DNA from: an uncultured Sphingobacteriales bacterium
Lineage (GTDB): Bacteria; Bacteroidota; Bacteroidia; CAILMK01; CAYYUA01
NCBI GenBank assembly: GCA_964561545.1
Contig: CAZLQF010000005.1
Span: forward strand, 51,928 to 115,927
DNA length: 64,000 nt
Direction: 5' to 3'
Below are positions 29,423-37,846 of this stretch, piece by piece. Every line of letters begins with the position of its first letter. Positions within the stretch are counted from its first letter, which is position 1. A program made the position numbers and the translations under genes. The notes under the pieces were generated by a model. It was not told where the DNA came from, searched no databases, and worked only from the letters and a program-made list of their open reading frames with translations.

Positions 29423-29899
29423 ATGATAGCAGAAATTATCAAAATCCTCACCGTAATAGGATTTTCAGCAACAAAGTATATGATGGGCATTGGTTTGGTA
29501 TTTACTTATGCCTATAGTTTTTTTGAAGCAATGCTTCTAACCCTCGGAGGAGGCATGTTAGGAGTCTTTATCTTTTCTAAATTTTCCAATTTACTGCTAA
29601 AATTTTTCTTGCCAAACAAACCAGATAAACTTCCCAAAACTCAAATGGGATGGCGTAGAAGAACCCTTGTTAAAGTAAGAAGTCGCTATGGACTGTTAGG
29701 CATCGCTTTTTTAACGCCTATTTTTCTAACAGTTCCCATTGGTACATTCCTCGCCAATAGCATGACCAAAGACAAAAGGAATGTGTTAATATACATGTTC
29801 ATTTCCTTTTCCTTCTGGTCGGTTATTTTTAATGGTTCTTTTTACTTTTTGGGCATTGACGTTCAAAAATACATTGAAAAGTTGGTGATTTGGATGTAG
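29423..29899 (+). CDS. Small multi-drug export-like membrane protein
   Basis: Four TM helices; YGLLGIAFLTPIFLTVPIG. Confidence 0.6.
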   Translation: MIAEIIKILTVIGFSATKYMMGIGLVFTYAYSFFEAMLLTLGGGMLGVFIFSKFSNLLLKFFLPNKPDKLPKTQMGWRRRTLVKVRSRYGLLGIAFLTPIFLTVPIGTFLANSMTKDKRNVLIYMFISFSFWSVIFNGSFYFLGIDVQKYIEKLVIWM

Positions 29900-29975
29900 C
29901 CGGCGTCAGTTTTTTAATTCTAATAGGGATCATTGAAGGTTAGTTGAAAAGGGAGGGCAGCCCCAACGGTGGTAT

Positions 29976-30854
29976 TTAAAGGTTAGGGTTCATAGCTTTT
30001 TCTTGTAGTAGGTAATCCTTTAAACCTTCTTGCCAATGACGGAAGGTGTTAATGCCTTCGGCTTTCAATACCTTGTTTTCAAGAACAGAATAGGTTGGCC
30101 TGTTAACGCTTGTCGGAAATTCGCCAGGGGCAGCTACATTAAGATTGACATCCCAATGCAATATATTGAAGATCTCCTTGGTGAATTCGTACCAGGTACA
30201 TTGACCCTCGGCAGTTGCATGGCATATTCCATATACTGGATTTTCAATCAATTGGAGAATTTGATGAGCTATTTCTTTTGTTGCAGTGGGGGTCAGAATT
30301 TCATAATCTACTACCCGAACTTCATCTTTTTCACGACCGAATTTAAGCATGGTGTTGACAAAATTATTGCCGCCCTTAGTTCGGCAAGGATTTTTGCCAT
30401 AAATCCCACTGGTTCGCATGACCATTCCATGTTCAGCGATGCTTTGGACAAAATGCTCGCCCGATAGCTTGCTGTTACCATAAACATTCAATGGCATTGG
30501 CAGGTCGTTTTCAAAATATGGTTCTTTTTTTAAGCCATCGAATACATAATCCGTACTGATGTGAACCAGGTAAAACCCTTTTTCTTTCGAAGCTTCTGCC
30601 AAATTTTTTGGCCCGATGGCATTGCCATAAAATGCCTTGTAAAATTCGGTCTCGCAATTTTCAACATTGGAGTAGGCAGCACAGTTGACCACCATGTCAG
30701 GCTTTAATTGGTCCATAACATTTTTTGTTGAGGTTAAGTCTGTAATTTCAATATCCTGATGATTGAGGGCTATGGCGTGGTAATCATGCTGTTGCAAAAC
30801 CTCCATAACATCACTGCCCAATTGTCCATTTGCTCCAATGATTGCAATTTTCAT
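29976..30854 (-). CDS. rfbD: dTDP-4-dehydrorhamnose reductase (RmlD)
   Basis: GANGQLG, NCAAY, HISTDYVFDG, YGNSK, RTSGIYG, RPTYSVL. Confidence 0.96.
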   Translation of the reverse strand: MKIAIIGANGQLGSDVMEVLQQHDYHAIALNHQDIEITDLTSTKNVMDQLKPDMVVNCAAYSNVENCETEFYKAFYGNAIGPKNLAEASKEKGFYLVHISTDYVFDGLKKEPYFENDLPMPLNVYGNSKLSGEHFVQSIAEHGMVMRTSGIYGKNPCRTKGGNNFVNTMLKFGREKDEVRVVDYEILTPTATKEIAHQILQLIENPVYGICHATAEGQCTWYEFTKEIFNILHWDVNLNVAAPGEFPTSVNRPTYSVLENKVLKAEGINTFRHWQEGLKDYLLQEKAMNPNL

Positions 30855-30880
30855 GTTACTATTTGATTGGAAATTTTGGT

Positions 30881-31450
30881 TTAATAGCGAAAATTTTCGG
30901 ACTCAGGCCTTGCCGCCCAATCACTTAGCGTTTGGGCATTGGCATCTTTATCGGATAGGATGGGATCCTTGATGGGCCAATCAATCCCGATTTCAGGGTC
31001 ATTCCATAAAATTCCTGATTCCCCATTGTTGTTGTACACGGCTGTGCATTTGTATTGAATTTCGGCTGTATCGGAGAGTACGCAAAACCCCCTCGCAAAA
31101 CCAGCCGGTGCCCATAATTGCTTTTGGCTGTCTTCAGAAACTTCTATTCCATACCATTCACCAAAAGTAGGGGCCCCTTTTCTAATGTCCACGGCTACTA
31201 AATAAGCTCTTCCTTGAGTTACACGCATGATCTTACTCATGGGAGGCTCCCATTGGAAATGTAGCCCTCTTAGAACACCTTTAGTGGATTTGGAATGATT
31301 GTCTTGAACGAACTGCGTTGGCAAGCCTTTTTCCATGAACTTATCATAGCGATAAATTTCCTGGAAAAATCCCCGATCATCATTGATCCGGCCGTTGGTT
31401 ACGATCTTTACTTCCTGTAAATTAGGGGCATCTTCTACCTGGATCTCCAT
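30881..31450 (-). CDS. rfbC: dTDP-4-dehydrorhamnose 3,5-epimerase (RmlC)
   Basis: DDRGFF, FVQDNHSKS.KGVLRGLHFQ, VDIRKG, GFARGF, YKCT. ATG at 31450 preferred. Confidence 0.96.
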   Translation of the reverse strand: MEIQVEDAPNLQEVKIVTNGRINDDRGFFQEIYRYDKFMEKGLPTQFVQDNHSKSTKGVLRGLHFQWEPPMSKIMRVTQGRAYLVAVDIRKGAPTFGEWYGIEVSEDSQKQLWAPAGFARGFCVLSDTAEIQYKCTAVYNNNGESGILWNDPEIGIDWPIKDPILSDKDANAQTLSDWAARPESENFRY

Positions 31451-31539
31451 TTGATTGGTTTTAAATTGCCAAGCGAAATTATAATTTTTAACTAGTAATT
31501 GATTAGTAGCGTTGATTTGAAAAGAGGTATGAAATAGGG

Positions 31540-31572
31540 AGGGTCGGGGTTCAGACCTCCGGTCGGAAACCA
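31540..31572 (+). other. tRNA-3'-half-like or degenerate repeat element between the GT2 gene and rfbC
   Basis: CGGGG-TTCAGAC-CTCCG forms a 5-bp T-arm-like stem, followed by GTCGGAA-A-CCA; no matching 5' acceptor strand upstream. Confidence 0.25.
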
Positions 31573-31614
31573 ATAATCCTCAAAACTTCGAACTTTAAGT
31601 ATTGAATATTGAAC

Positions 31615-32661
31615 CTACCTAATAGCTTTTATTAACGCTTTATAGGTCTTACGCCCTTTCAGGAAAAATTGAAGAGCAATGCTCTTCGGATAGAGTAATT
31701 TAAATAGCTCTTCATCCGGTATTTTACGAATCTGCTGTACGGCTTCCCGTTTTTTCCATAGATAGAATCTTTCGGCAAGTAGCCATTGATGAGCTGCAAT
31801 GATGGCTCTTACCCGCTTAAATTCAAACTTGGCAAGGGAAGAAGCAATGGCAAGCAGGTCTAACAACCATCGCTTAAAAAGGATGCGCTTCAGATTTTCG
31901 CTGCTTAGGTTTTTGATGAGCATGATCACACTGTTGCGGTGGTTCAGGTAGTTTTTCATATAGCTTTCGGCAGGCAAGGAAGCACCCCCGTAGTGGTAAA
32001 CTTTGGCCTTTGGAATTACTTTCAGCACATAGCCCGCCAAATTCAACCGCCAGCAATAGTCGATCTCTTCCATGTGCATGAAGAAATCCTCATCCAACTT
32101 GCCAACCTTGTTGATGGCATCAGCCCTTAAAAACATGGCAGCACCGGAAGTCCAGAAAACTCGGGCTTCATCATCGTACTGGCCCTCGTCCTTTTCCATT
32201 TGATTGAAAACACGTCCTCTCAGGAAGGGGAAACCGTAAATGTCCATGAAACCACCCGATGCCCCGGCATACTCAAAATCGGTTGGGTCGATCATAGAAA
32301 CCAATTTGGGTTGAAGCGCTCCGATGTTCGGGTCTTGTTCGGCAGCTTGAACCAAAGGCTCGAGCCAGTCAGGCTCCACAGTTACATCGTTGTTGAGCAA
32401 TACAAAGTATTTGCCTTTAGCATGACTGAAGCTAAGGTTGTAGGCAAAGCTATAGCCTCCGTTTTTACCGGTTTCATAAACCTGTATTTCCGGGAAATTT
32501 TCTTTTGTATACCGGATACTTGAATCTGTTGAAGCATTGTCGACCAATATCACCTCAAAATTGGGATAAGTAGAGGCCAGCACACTTTTAAAGCAATCAT
32601 GAAGGAAAGCCTGGCCATTGTAATTGATGATGAGGATGCTAACGAGCGGATGGGAGGTCAT
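31615..32661 (-). CDS. Glycosyltransferase family 2 (WbbL/rhamnosyltransferase-like)
   Basis: ILVDNASTD, LLNND, FEYAGASGG, WTSGAAMFLR, DEDFFMHMEEIDYCWR, HYGGASL. Confidence 0.92.
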   Translation of the reverse strand: MTSHPLVSILIINYNGQAFLHDCFKSVLASTYPNFEVILVDNASTDSSIRYTKENFPEIQVYETGKNGGYSFAYNLSFSHAKGKYFVLLNNDVTVEPDWLEPLVQAAEQDPNIGALQPKLVSMIDPTDFEYAGASGGFMDIYGFPFLRGRVFNQMEKDEGQYDDEARVFWTSGAAMFLRADAINKVGKLDEDFFMHMEEIDYCWRLNLAGYVLKVIPKAKVYHYGGASLPAESYMKNYLNHRNSVIMLIKNLSSENLKRILFKRWLLDLLAIASSLAKFEFKRVRAIIAAHQWLLAERFYLWKKREAVQQIRKIPDEELFKLLYPKSIALQFFLKGRKTYKALIKAIR

Positions 32662-32692
32662 AGGCGATTATTGTAAAACTGCTAAGACTATT

Positions 32693-32881
32693 TTAAAAAT
32701 CATCTTGTAAGCAAAACTTAAGCTTCAAAGTTAAAACATCCATCCGCCAATTGGAACGAACCAGCATCAATCCACTGGCATCAATCACATCAACCCCGCC
32801 ATCTAAAGTACCATCCTGGATGAAAATGTTCCGGTCAAGATAATCTGTTTTACTGCTACTTTGGATGGCATGCCAGTACAT
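32693..32881 (-). CDS. 62-aa small ORF or gene relic of unknown identity
   Basis: Locally GC-richer than its flanks; preceded by AAGAAAGGA-CCAAA-ATG; contains the protein-like segment RNIFIQDG...VIDASGLMLV. Confidence 0.3.
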   Translation of the reverse strand: MYWHAIQSSSKTDYLDRNIFIQDGTLDGGVDVIDASGLMLVRSNWRMDVLTLKLKFCLQDDF

Positions 32882-32913
32882 TTTGGTCCTTTCTTATTAG
32901 CTCTTTAAAAAAC

Positions 32914-32999
32914 TGAACTTGTTTTCTAAATATAAATAGAAAAACTAAGGGGTTATGAAAACGAAACGTAAATGTACTGCTCAAGAAAAGGCATTTTAA
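32914..32999 (+). mobile_element. Possible IS3-family left-end relic
   Basis: TG-initiated segment TGAACTTGTTTTC..., then ATG 32955 giving MKTKRKCTAQEKAF*, similar to IS3 OrfA starts (R/K-R-K-x-T-x-E-x-K). No further transposase sequence recognised. Confidence 0.25.
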
Positions 33000-33132
33000 A
33001 ACTTTTGGCAAGTATTTTTAATGTTGAAACATTTAATTTTGTAGAACTTTCTGATGACAGGGTTTTTTGACTAACTTAAATCCTTTGGCACAAGAAATTG
33101 ATAATGTAGTTTAGCTTACAAACTTGAAATTT

Positions 33133-34206
33133 ATGCAAATAAAAAATTGGCAAAACGGAATCGTTGCCTTGCTCTTGCTTGGGGTCGTTGGATTTTTCAT
33201 AATCCCAAAATTACAACCCCTCAAAGTTGATGAACCCAAATCACAAAATAAATCAAAGGAATCCAAAGGCGTTCCGGTTTATGCCACCGTAGTTGAGCCC
33301 CAGGAATTGTCAAATTCACTTACGCTGACCGGTACCGTAAGCCCGTCCCAGGAAGTGGATCTGAAAACTGAAGCTTCAGGCAAGATCACTCAACTACCCC
33401 TTGAAGAAGGAGCAAAAGTGAAAAAGGGCCAATTGCTTATGAAGATCAATGCCAGTGAATTAGAGGCTCAGTTAAAACAAAAACAAAACCGCGAAGAATT
33501 ATTGAAGCAAAAGCTAACAAGAAAAGAGCGCCTCTTAGAAAACGAAGGCATCAGCCAAGAATCCTATGATGAAACCAAAACAGAATTAGAATCTATTCAA
33601 GCGGAAGTAGATCTTATCCAGGCACGGATTGAAAAAAGAGCAATCCGTGCTCCTTTTGATGGTACGCTTGGCCTAAGGCACGTAAGTATGGGAAGTTACG
33701 TTTCCCCGTCAACCAAGGTTATCAGCCTCATCAACAAACAACCGGTAAAAATTGATTTTTCGGTCCCAGGTGAATATGCTAAATACATTGAGAATGGGGA
33801 ACCAATAAAGTTTTCCGTGAATGGTGTAGATAGTAACCTTACAGCTAAGATCTTTGCCATTGAACCTGCCATTAACGTAGATACCCGAACCATGCAAGTA
33901 AGGGCTATTTACCCCAATCCCCAAGGGAAAGTAGTTCCCGGAACTTTTGCCAATATCAAGTTAAATTTATCGACCCTTAACGATGCGTTAATGGTACCAT
34001 CAATGGCAATTGTTCCTGAATTACAAGGAAAAAAGGTTTTCCTATACCAAAGCGGTAAGTCAAAACCCCAACCAGTAGAAACAGGTCAACGTACCAACAC
34101 CCAAGTGCAGGTAAAAGAAGGCCTTTCGAAAGGCGATACGGTTATAACGAAAGGCATTCAGAAATTACGACCTGGCGCTACCGTATATATTAAAGCTTGG
34201 GAATAA
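33133..34206 (+). CDS. RND efflux periplasmic adaptor (membrane fusion protein)
   Basis: N-terminal TM, EASGKI lipoyl half-motif, coiled coil, IRAPFDG, DFSVP, VPGTFA, GLSKGDTVI. ATG at 33133. Confidence 0.93.
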   Translation: MQIKNWQNGIVALLLLGVVGFFIIPKLQPLKVDEPKSQNKSKESKGVPVYATVVEPQELSNSLTLTGTVSPSQEVDLKTEASGKITQLPLEEGAKVKKGQLLMKINASELEAQLKQKQNREELLKQKLTRKERLLENEGISQESYDETKTELESIQAEVDLIQARIEKRAIRAPFDGTLGLRHVSMGSYVSPSTKVISLINKQPVKIDFSVPGEYAKYIENGEPIKFSVNGVDSNLTAKIFAIEPAINVDTRTMQVRAIYPNPQGKVVPGTFANIKLNLSTLNDALMVPSMAIVPELQGKKVFLYQSGKSKPQPVETGQRTNTQVQVKEGLSKGDTVITKGIQKLRPGATVYIKAWE

Positions 34207-34327
34207 CCTGACAACCAGTTTAAAAAATCAAGTATTCAGAACATTTATAAGTAGATCATGGAGCATTAAATTCTATTTTCATCGAAAATTGTTAATTTTA
34301 ACATCCTAAATTAAGTTAACCCTTTGT

Positions 34328-34768
34328 ATGAATCTGTTAACCTATTTGGATTACTTAAATGAGCTGCAATCAGACCAAAAACCTCACTGGGGTTCCTTAA
34401 CCGCTCAACACATGGTAGAGCATTTAACTTACGTGTTCAGGGTTTCTATGGGCAAAGTACACAGTACCGTCAAGGTAGAAGAAGAACAGATCAACACTTA
34501 CAAGGAACATTTGACCAATGACCAGCCATTGCCCAAAAATCAAGAAGCTTTTTTAAGGAGGGAGCGATACCCCACCTTATGGCGTCTTAATTTAAAACAA
34601 TCCATAGCAGACTTAAAACGAGAGCTTAATAGTTATCAAGGATATTATAAGCTTTTACCTGACAGGAAGCACAACCACCCACTTTTTGGTGCGCTCAATA
34701 AAAATGAATGGGATACATTTCATCACAAACATTTTCGTCATCACCTGAAACAATTCGGTTTAATCTAA
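34328..34768 (+). CDS. DinB-superfamily (DUF1569-like) protein
   Basis: PHWGSLTAQHMVEHL, HPLFGALNKNEW, HHKHFRHHLKQFG His triad. Confidence 0.85.
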   Translation: MNLLTYLDYLNELQSDQKPHWGSLTAQHMVEHLTYVFRVSMGKVHSTVKVEEEQINTYKEHLTNDQPLPKNQEAFLRRERYPTLWRLNLKQSIADLKRELNSYQGYYKLLPDRKHNHPLFGALNKNEWDTFHHKHFRHHLKQFGLI

Positions 34769-34851
34769 AATTGAGGCTGCTGAAGTTTTTGTACCCCCAA
34801 AATAAGTGTTCTTGGTTTGTGCATATTAGGTTTTCAACTTCCACTTTTTAC

Positions 34852-36315
34852 TTGACCGGATGTAAAATTAATATACAATTCCTTCTTTATTTCTTAATCA
34901 CAGTAGTTCTATGTTGTGTCGCCCATCCTTCTAATAGCCAGGAAATTACCTGGAATGAAGGCTATGAAATCGAGGACAACCTCAAATATCCAAAAATACT
35001 GGGAAAAGGTGATAACGGTTATTATGTAGCAAGGGTGAATCATGCCAATAAGCAAACAATGATCCTTGAGCGTTACGATCAATCATTGACAAGGGTTAAC
35101 CATCACAAGATCAAATTTTCGAGCAATCAAAAGCTCCGAAAAATCTTTCAGATAAATGACCGGGTTTTCGTATTTTTAACCAAACGGGGATCGGATAATG
35201 AAAAATTGGCGGTTTACGCTTTTAACTCAAAGCTGAACCGATTTGATAAAAAAGACTTGTTGCATTTAACCAACAATACAAAAAAGCCTTCTAATGTAAT
35301 CGTCAAGATTGAACAAGGCATGTTTAATGTTGCCTGGCTTCCGGACAACAACCAAACACCTAATATCACGCTGCATTCGGCCAAAATTGATAGTACGCTA
35401 AATATTCTTAAGGAGTCAAAAATTAAAACAGGTTTAACTTTTGATGGAAACATTAAGAATTTTACCCTACGTAATAACCATTTAGGAGCCATTATTAAAA
35501 ATGAAGCGAATAAAAATAAAGCTCAACATCCGGCACAGCTAATTTACCATAACTTCAACAACCAAGATTCTGAAGTGATTGAGCTGGGAAAAGATTCATT
35601 GTATACCCTGTCAGGCAAGTTGGATTATGACCGGGTCAATCAACAAATGATATACACTGCTTATTACTATAAACCAGAAGAACCGCAAGCTAAGGGCATA
35701 GCTTATTTTAAAAAACCGCTTGCAAAAAAAGGTTTCCAGTCCCATTTTATTCCTTTTCCCACAGAAGTTATCAAACAGGTTTATGGTGCCAGGGCCGAGC
35801 GGAAAGGTCTCCAATCTTTTGACCTTCAGGAACAGATCGTAAGAAGTGATGGAGGCGTTATACTTATGGCCGAAGAATTTGAAAAAGAAGAGGCTACTTC
35901 TAACTCTATTAGTTTTTATGGGGTGAGCCGGAGTAGTATGCGTACTTATTTTTATTACCGCGATTTAGTTATATTCTCTTTAGGGCCAAAAGGAAATTTT
36001 AATTGGTACAAAGTTCACCGTAAAAACCAAAATACGGTCAATGACCGTGGTTATTTTTCATCATTCGCTTCTATCGTTTTAAAGAGCAAAGTAATACTTT
36101 TATACAATGAAGTAGCTCGAAAAGATTGGAGGTTAATGTATTACAGCCTTTTACCTGACGGTACGTTGAAGGGTGATGTTCTCCTTGAAACATTAAAAGC
36201 AAATTCGAAGCCTATTCCTAAAAAAACAGCTCATGTAAGCCGGAATGAGATTTTGGTACCGGCATATCATCCTAAAGCTAAATTTTATTTGCTAAAAGTG
36301 AAATTTGGGGAATGA
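34852..36315 (+). CDS. Hypothetical exported beta-rich protein
   Basis: Signal peptide ending SNS-Q if started at TTG 34852; beta-strand pattern suggests a propeller; family not named. Confidence 0.72.
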   Translation: MTGCKINIQFLLYFLITVVLCCVAHPSNSQEITWNEGYEIEDNLKYPKILGKGDNGYYVARVNHANKQTMILERYDQSLTRVNHHKIKFSSNQKLRKIFQINDRVFVFLTKRGSDNEKLAVYAFNSKLNRFDKKDLLHLTNNTKKPSNVIVKIEQGMFNVAWLPDNNQTPNITLHSAKIDSTLNILKESKIKTGLTFDGNIKNFTLRNNHLGAIIKNEANKNKAQHPAQLIYHNFNNQDSEVIELGKDSLYTLSGKLDYDRVNQQMIYTAYYYKPEEPQAKGIAYFKKPLAKKGFQSHFIPFPTEVIKQVYGARAERKGLQSFDLQEQIVRSDGGVILMAEEFEKEEATSNSISFYGVSRSSMRTYFYYRDLVIFSLGPKGNFNWYKVHRKNQNTVNDRGYFSSFASIVLKSKVILLYNEVARKDWRLMYYSLLPDGTLKGDVLLETLKANSKPIPKKTAHVSRNEILVPAYHPKAKFYLLKVKFGE

Positions 36316-36382
36316 CAAGTCCTAAACTTGATAGGTTGGGTCTTAATTATTTTAGAATTTCGTACTAAAAACCTAAACAACC

Positions 36383-37606
36383 ATGAACTTTAAAAAAATC
36401 ACATTCAAAAACAAAGAAGGCGAGGACTTGGCAGCTTACATTGATCTACCGCCCAATGGTAAACCCAAAGCTTTAGCTGTTTTTGCTCATTGTTTTACGT
36501 GTAATAAAAACCTGAAAGCTGTTTCAAATATAAGCCGAGCCTTGACTGTAGAAGGAATTGGGGTCATGCGTTTCGATTTTACCGGGCTTGGGGAAAGTGA
36601 AGGAGACTTTTCTGATACCAACTTCTCAAGTAATGTAGATGATCTTATTGCAGCTGCAGGCTATTTAGAGGAACATTATGAAGCACCATCCCTTTTAATA
36701 GGTCATTCCCTCGGTGGGGCAGCTGTATTGATCGCTGCTCGTTCAATTCCATCGCTAAAAGGGGTTGTAACTGTTGCAGCACCAGCCGATCCAGCCCATA
36801 TTAAAAATCATTTTGAATCTAAACTTGAAGAAATTGAAAAGGAGGGAGTGGCTCAAGTAAATTTGGCCGGTAGGCCCTTTAAAATCAAAAAACAATTCAT
36901 TGAAGACCTGGATGCTAATAACGTGGAGAGCCATGTGCGCAATTTAAAAAAACCGTTATTGGTCTTACATTCCCCATCAGACAATATTGTGGGAATTGAC
37001 AATGCAGCAAGGATTTATCAAGCTGCTTTGCATCCCAAAAGCTTCCTTGCTTTACCCGATGCTGATCATTTATTGATGAAAAATATAGACTCCCAATATG
37101 TTGGTAAGACCATCGCTACATGGTCCAGAAGGTATCTTTATTTGGAAGAAGCAGAATCCAAGCCAACACTTAAAACTGAAAAGCAAGTTGTAGCCAGAAT
37201 TGGAGAAGAAAAATTTACTACCGAGATCCAATCCGGAAAGCATGCCTTGATTGCAGATGAACCTGAGGCCTATGGAGGTAATGACTACGGCCCCAATCCT
37301 TATGATTATTTGGCTACTTCTTTGGCCAGTTGTACGGCCATGACCATTAAAATGTACACAAATCAAAAAAAGTGGCCATTGGAGGAAGTTTATGTTCATG
37401 TTCAGCATAAAAAAGAACATGCAGAAGATTGTGAGGACAATGAATCCAAAACCAATAAAATCGATGTATTGGAGCGTGAAATCGAATTGGTCGGGGATCT
37501 GGATGATCAACAAAGACAACGTGCATTAGAAATTGCTGATAAATGCCCCGTGCATAAAACTTTGAGTGCGGACATTAAGATCAATTCCTCATTGGTAAGA
37601 GGATAA
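36383..37606 (+). CDS. Bifunctional alpha/beta hydrolase - OsmC family protein
   Basis: FAHCFTC, RFDFTGLGES, nucleophile GHSLGG, HSPSD, ADH; OsmC domain ADEP...GPNPYDYL...SCTAMT...ADKCPVH. Confidence 0.93.
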   Translation: MNFKKITFKNKEGEDLAAYIDLPPNGKPKALAVFAHCFTCNKNLKAVSNISRALTVEGIGVMRFDFTGLGESEGDFSDTNFSSNVDDLIAAAGYLEEHYEAPSLLIGHSLGGAAVLIAARSIPSLKGVVTVAAPADPAHIKNHFESKLEEIEKEGVAQVNLAGRPFKIKKQFIEDLDANNVESHVRNLKKPLLVLHSPSDNIVGIDNAARIYQAALHPKSFLALPDADHLLMKNIDSQYVGKTIATWSRRYLYLEEAESKPTLKTEKQVVARIGEEKFTTEIQSGKHALIADEPEAYGGNDYGPNPYDYLATSLASCTAMTIKMYTNQKKWPLEEVYVHVQHKKEHAEDCEDNESKTNKIDVLEREIELVGDLDDQQRQRALEIADKCPVHKTLSADIKINSSLVRG

Positions 37607-37665
37607 AAAAATTAAAGCCATCGCTTAGATACTAGTTTGAACGGTTATTTAATGGTTTCCCCTTT

Positions 37666-37693
37666 TTATCATCATAGTATTGATTGATGATAA
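37666..37693. other. Intergenic inverted repeat TTATCATCA-N10-TGATGATAA
   Basis: Perfect 9-bp arms between the OsmC fusion gene and the PPIase operon; weak terminator or operator. Confidence 0.35.
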
Positions 37694-37814
37694 TTTGCTG
37701 GATCATATGTGCTTTATGCAAAATACCAAAGGAAAATTCAAGGAAAATGAAGGCGTTTGCTTGCGAGCCATGACAACAAACTGCCCTAATTTTCATTCAT
37801 TATTTAAGTTTGTT

Positions 37815-37822
37815 TACATTTG
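37815..37822 (+). promoter_or_regulatory. Bacteroidota -7 element for the PPIase/SurA/MoxR operon
   Basis: TACATTTG, 24 nt upstream of ATG 37847. Confidence 0.55.
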
Positions 37823-37846
37823 CCCTCCAAAAAAGCATCCCTAACC

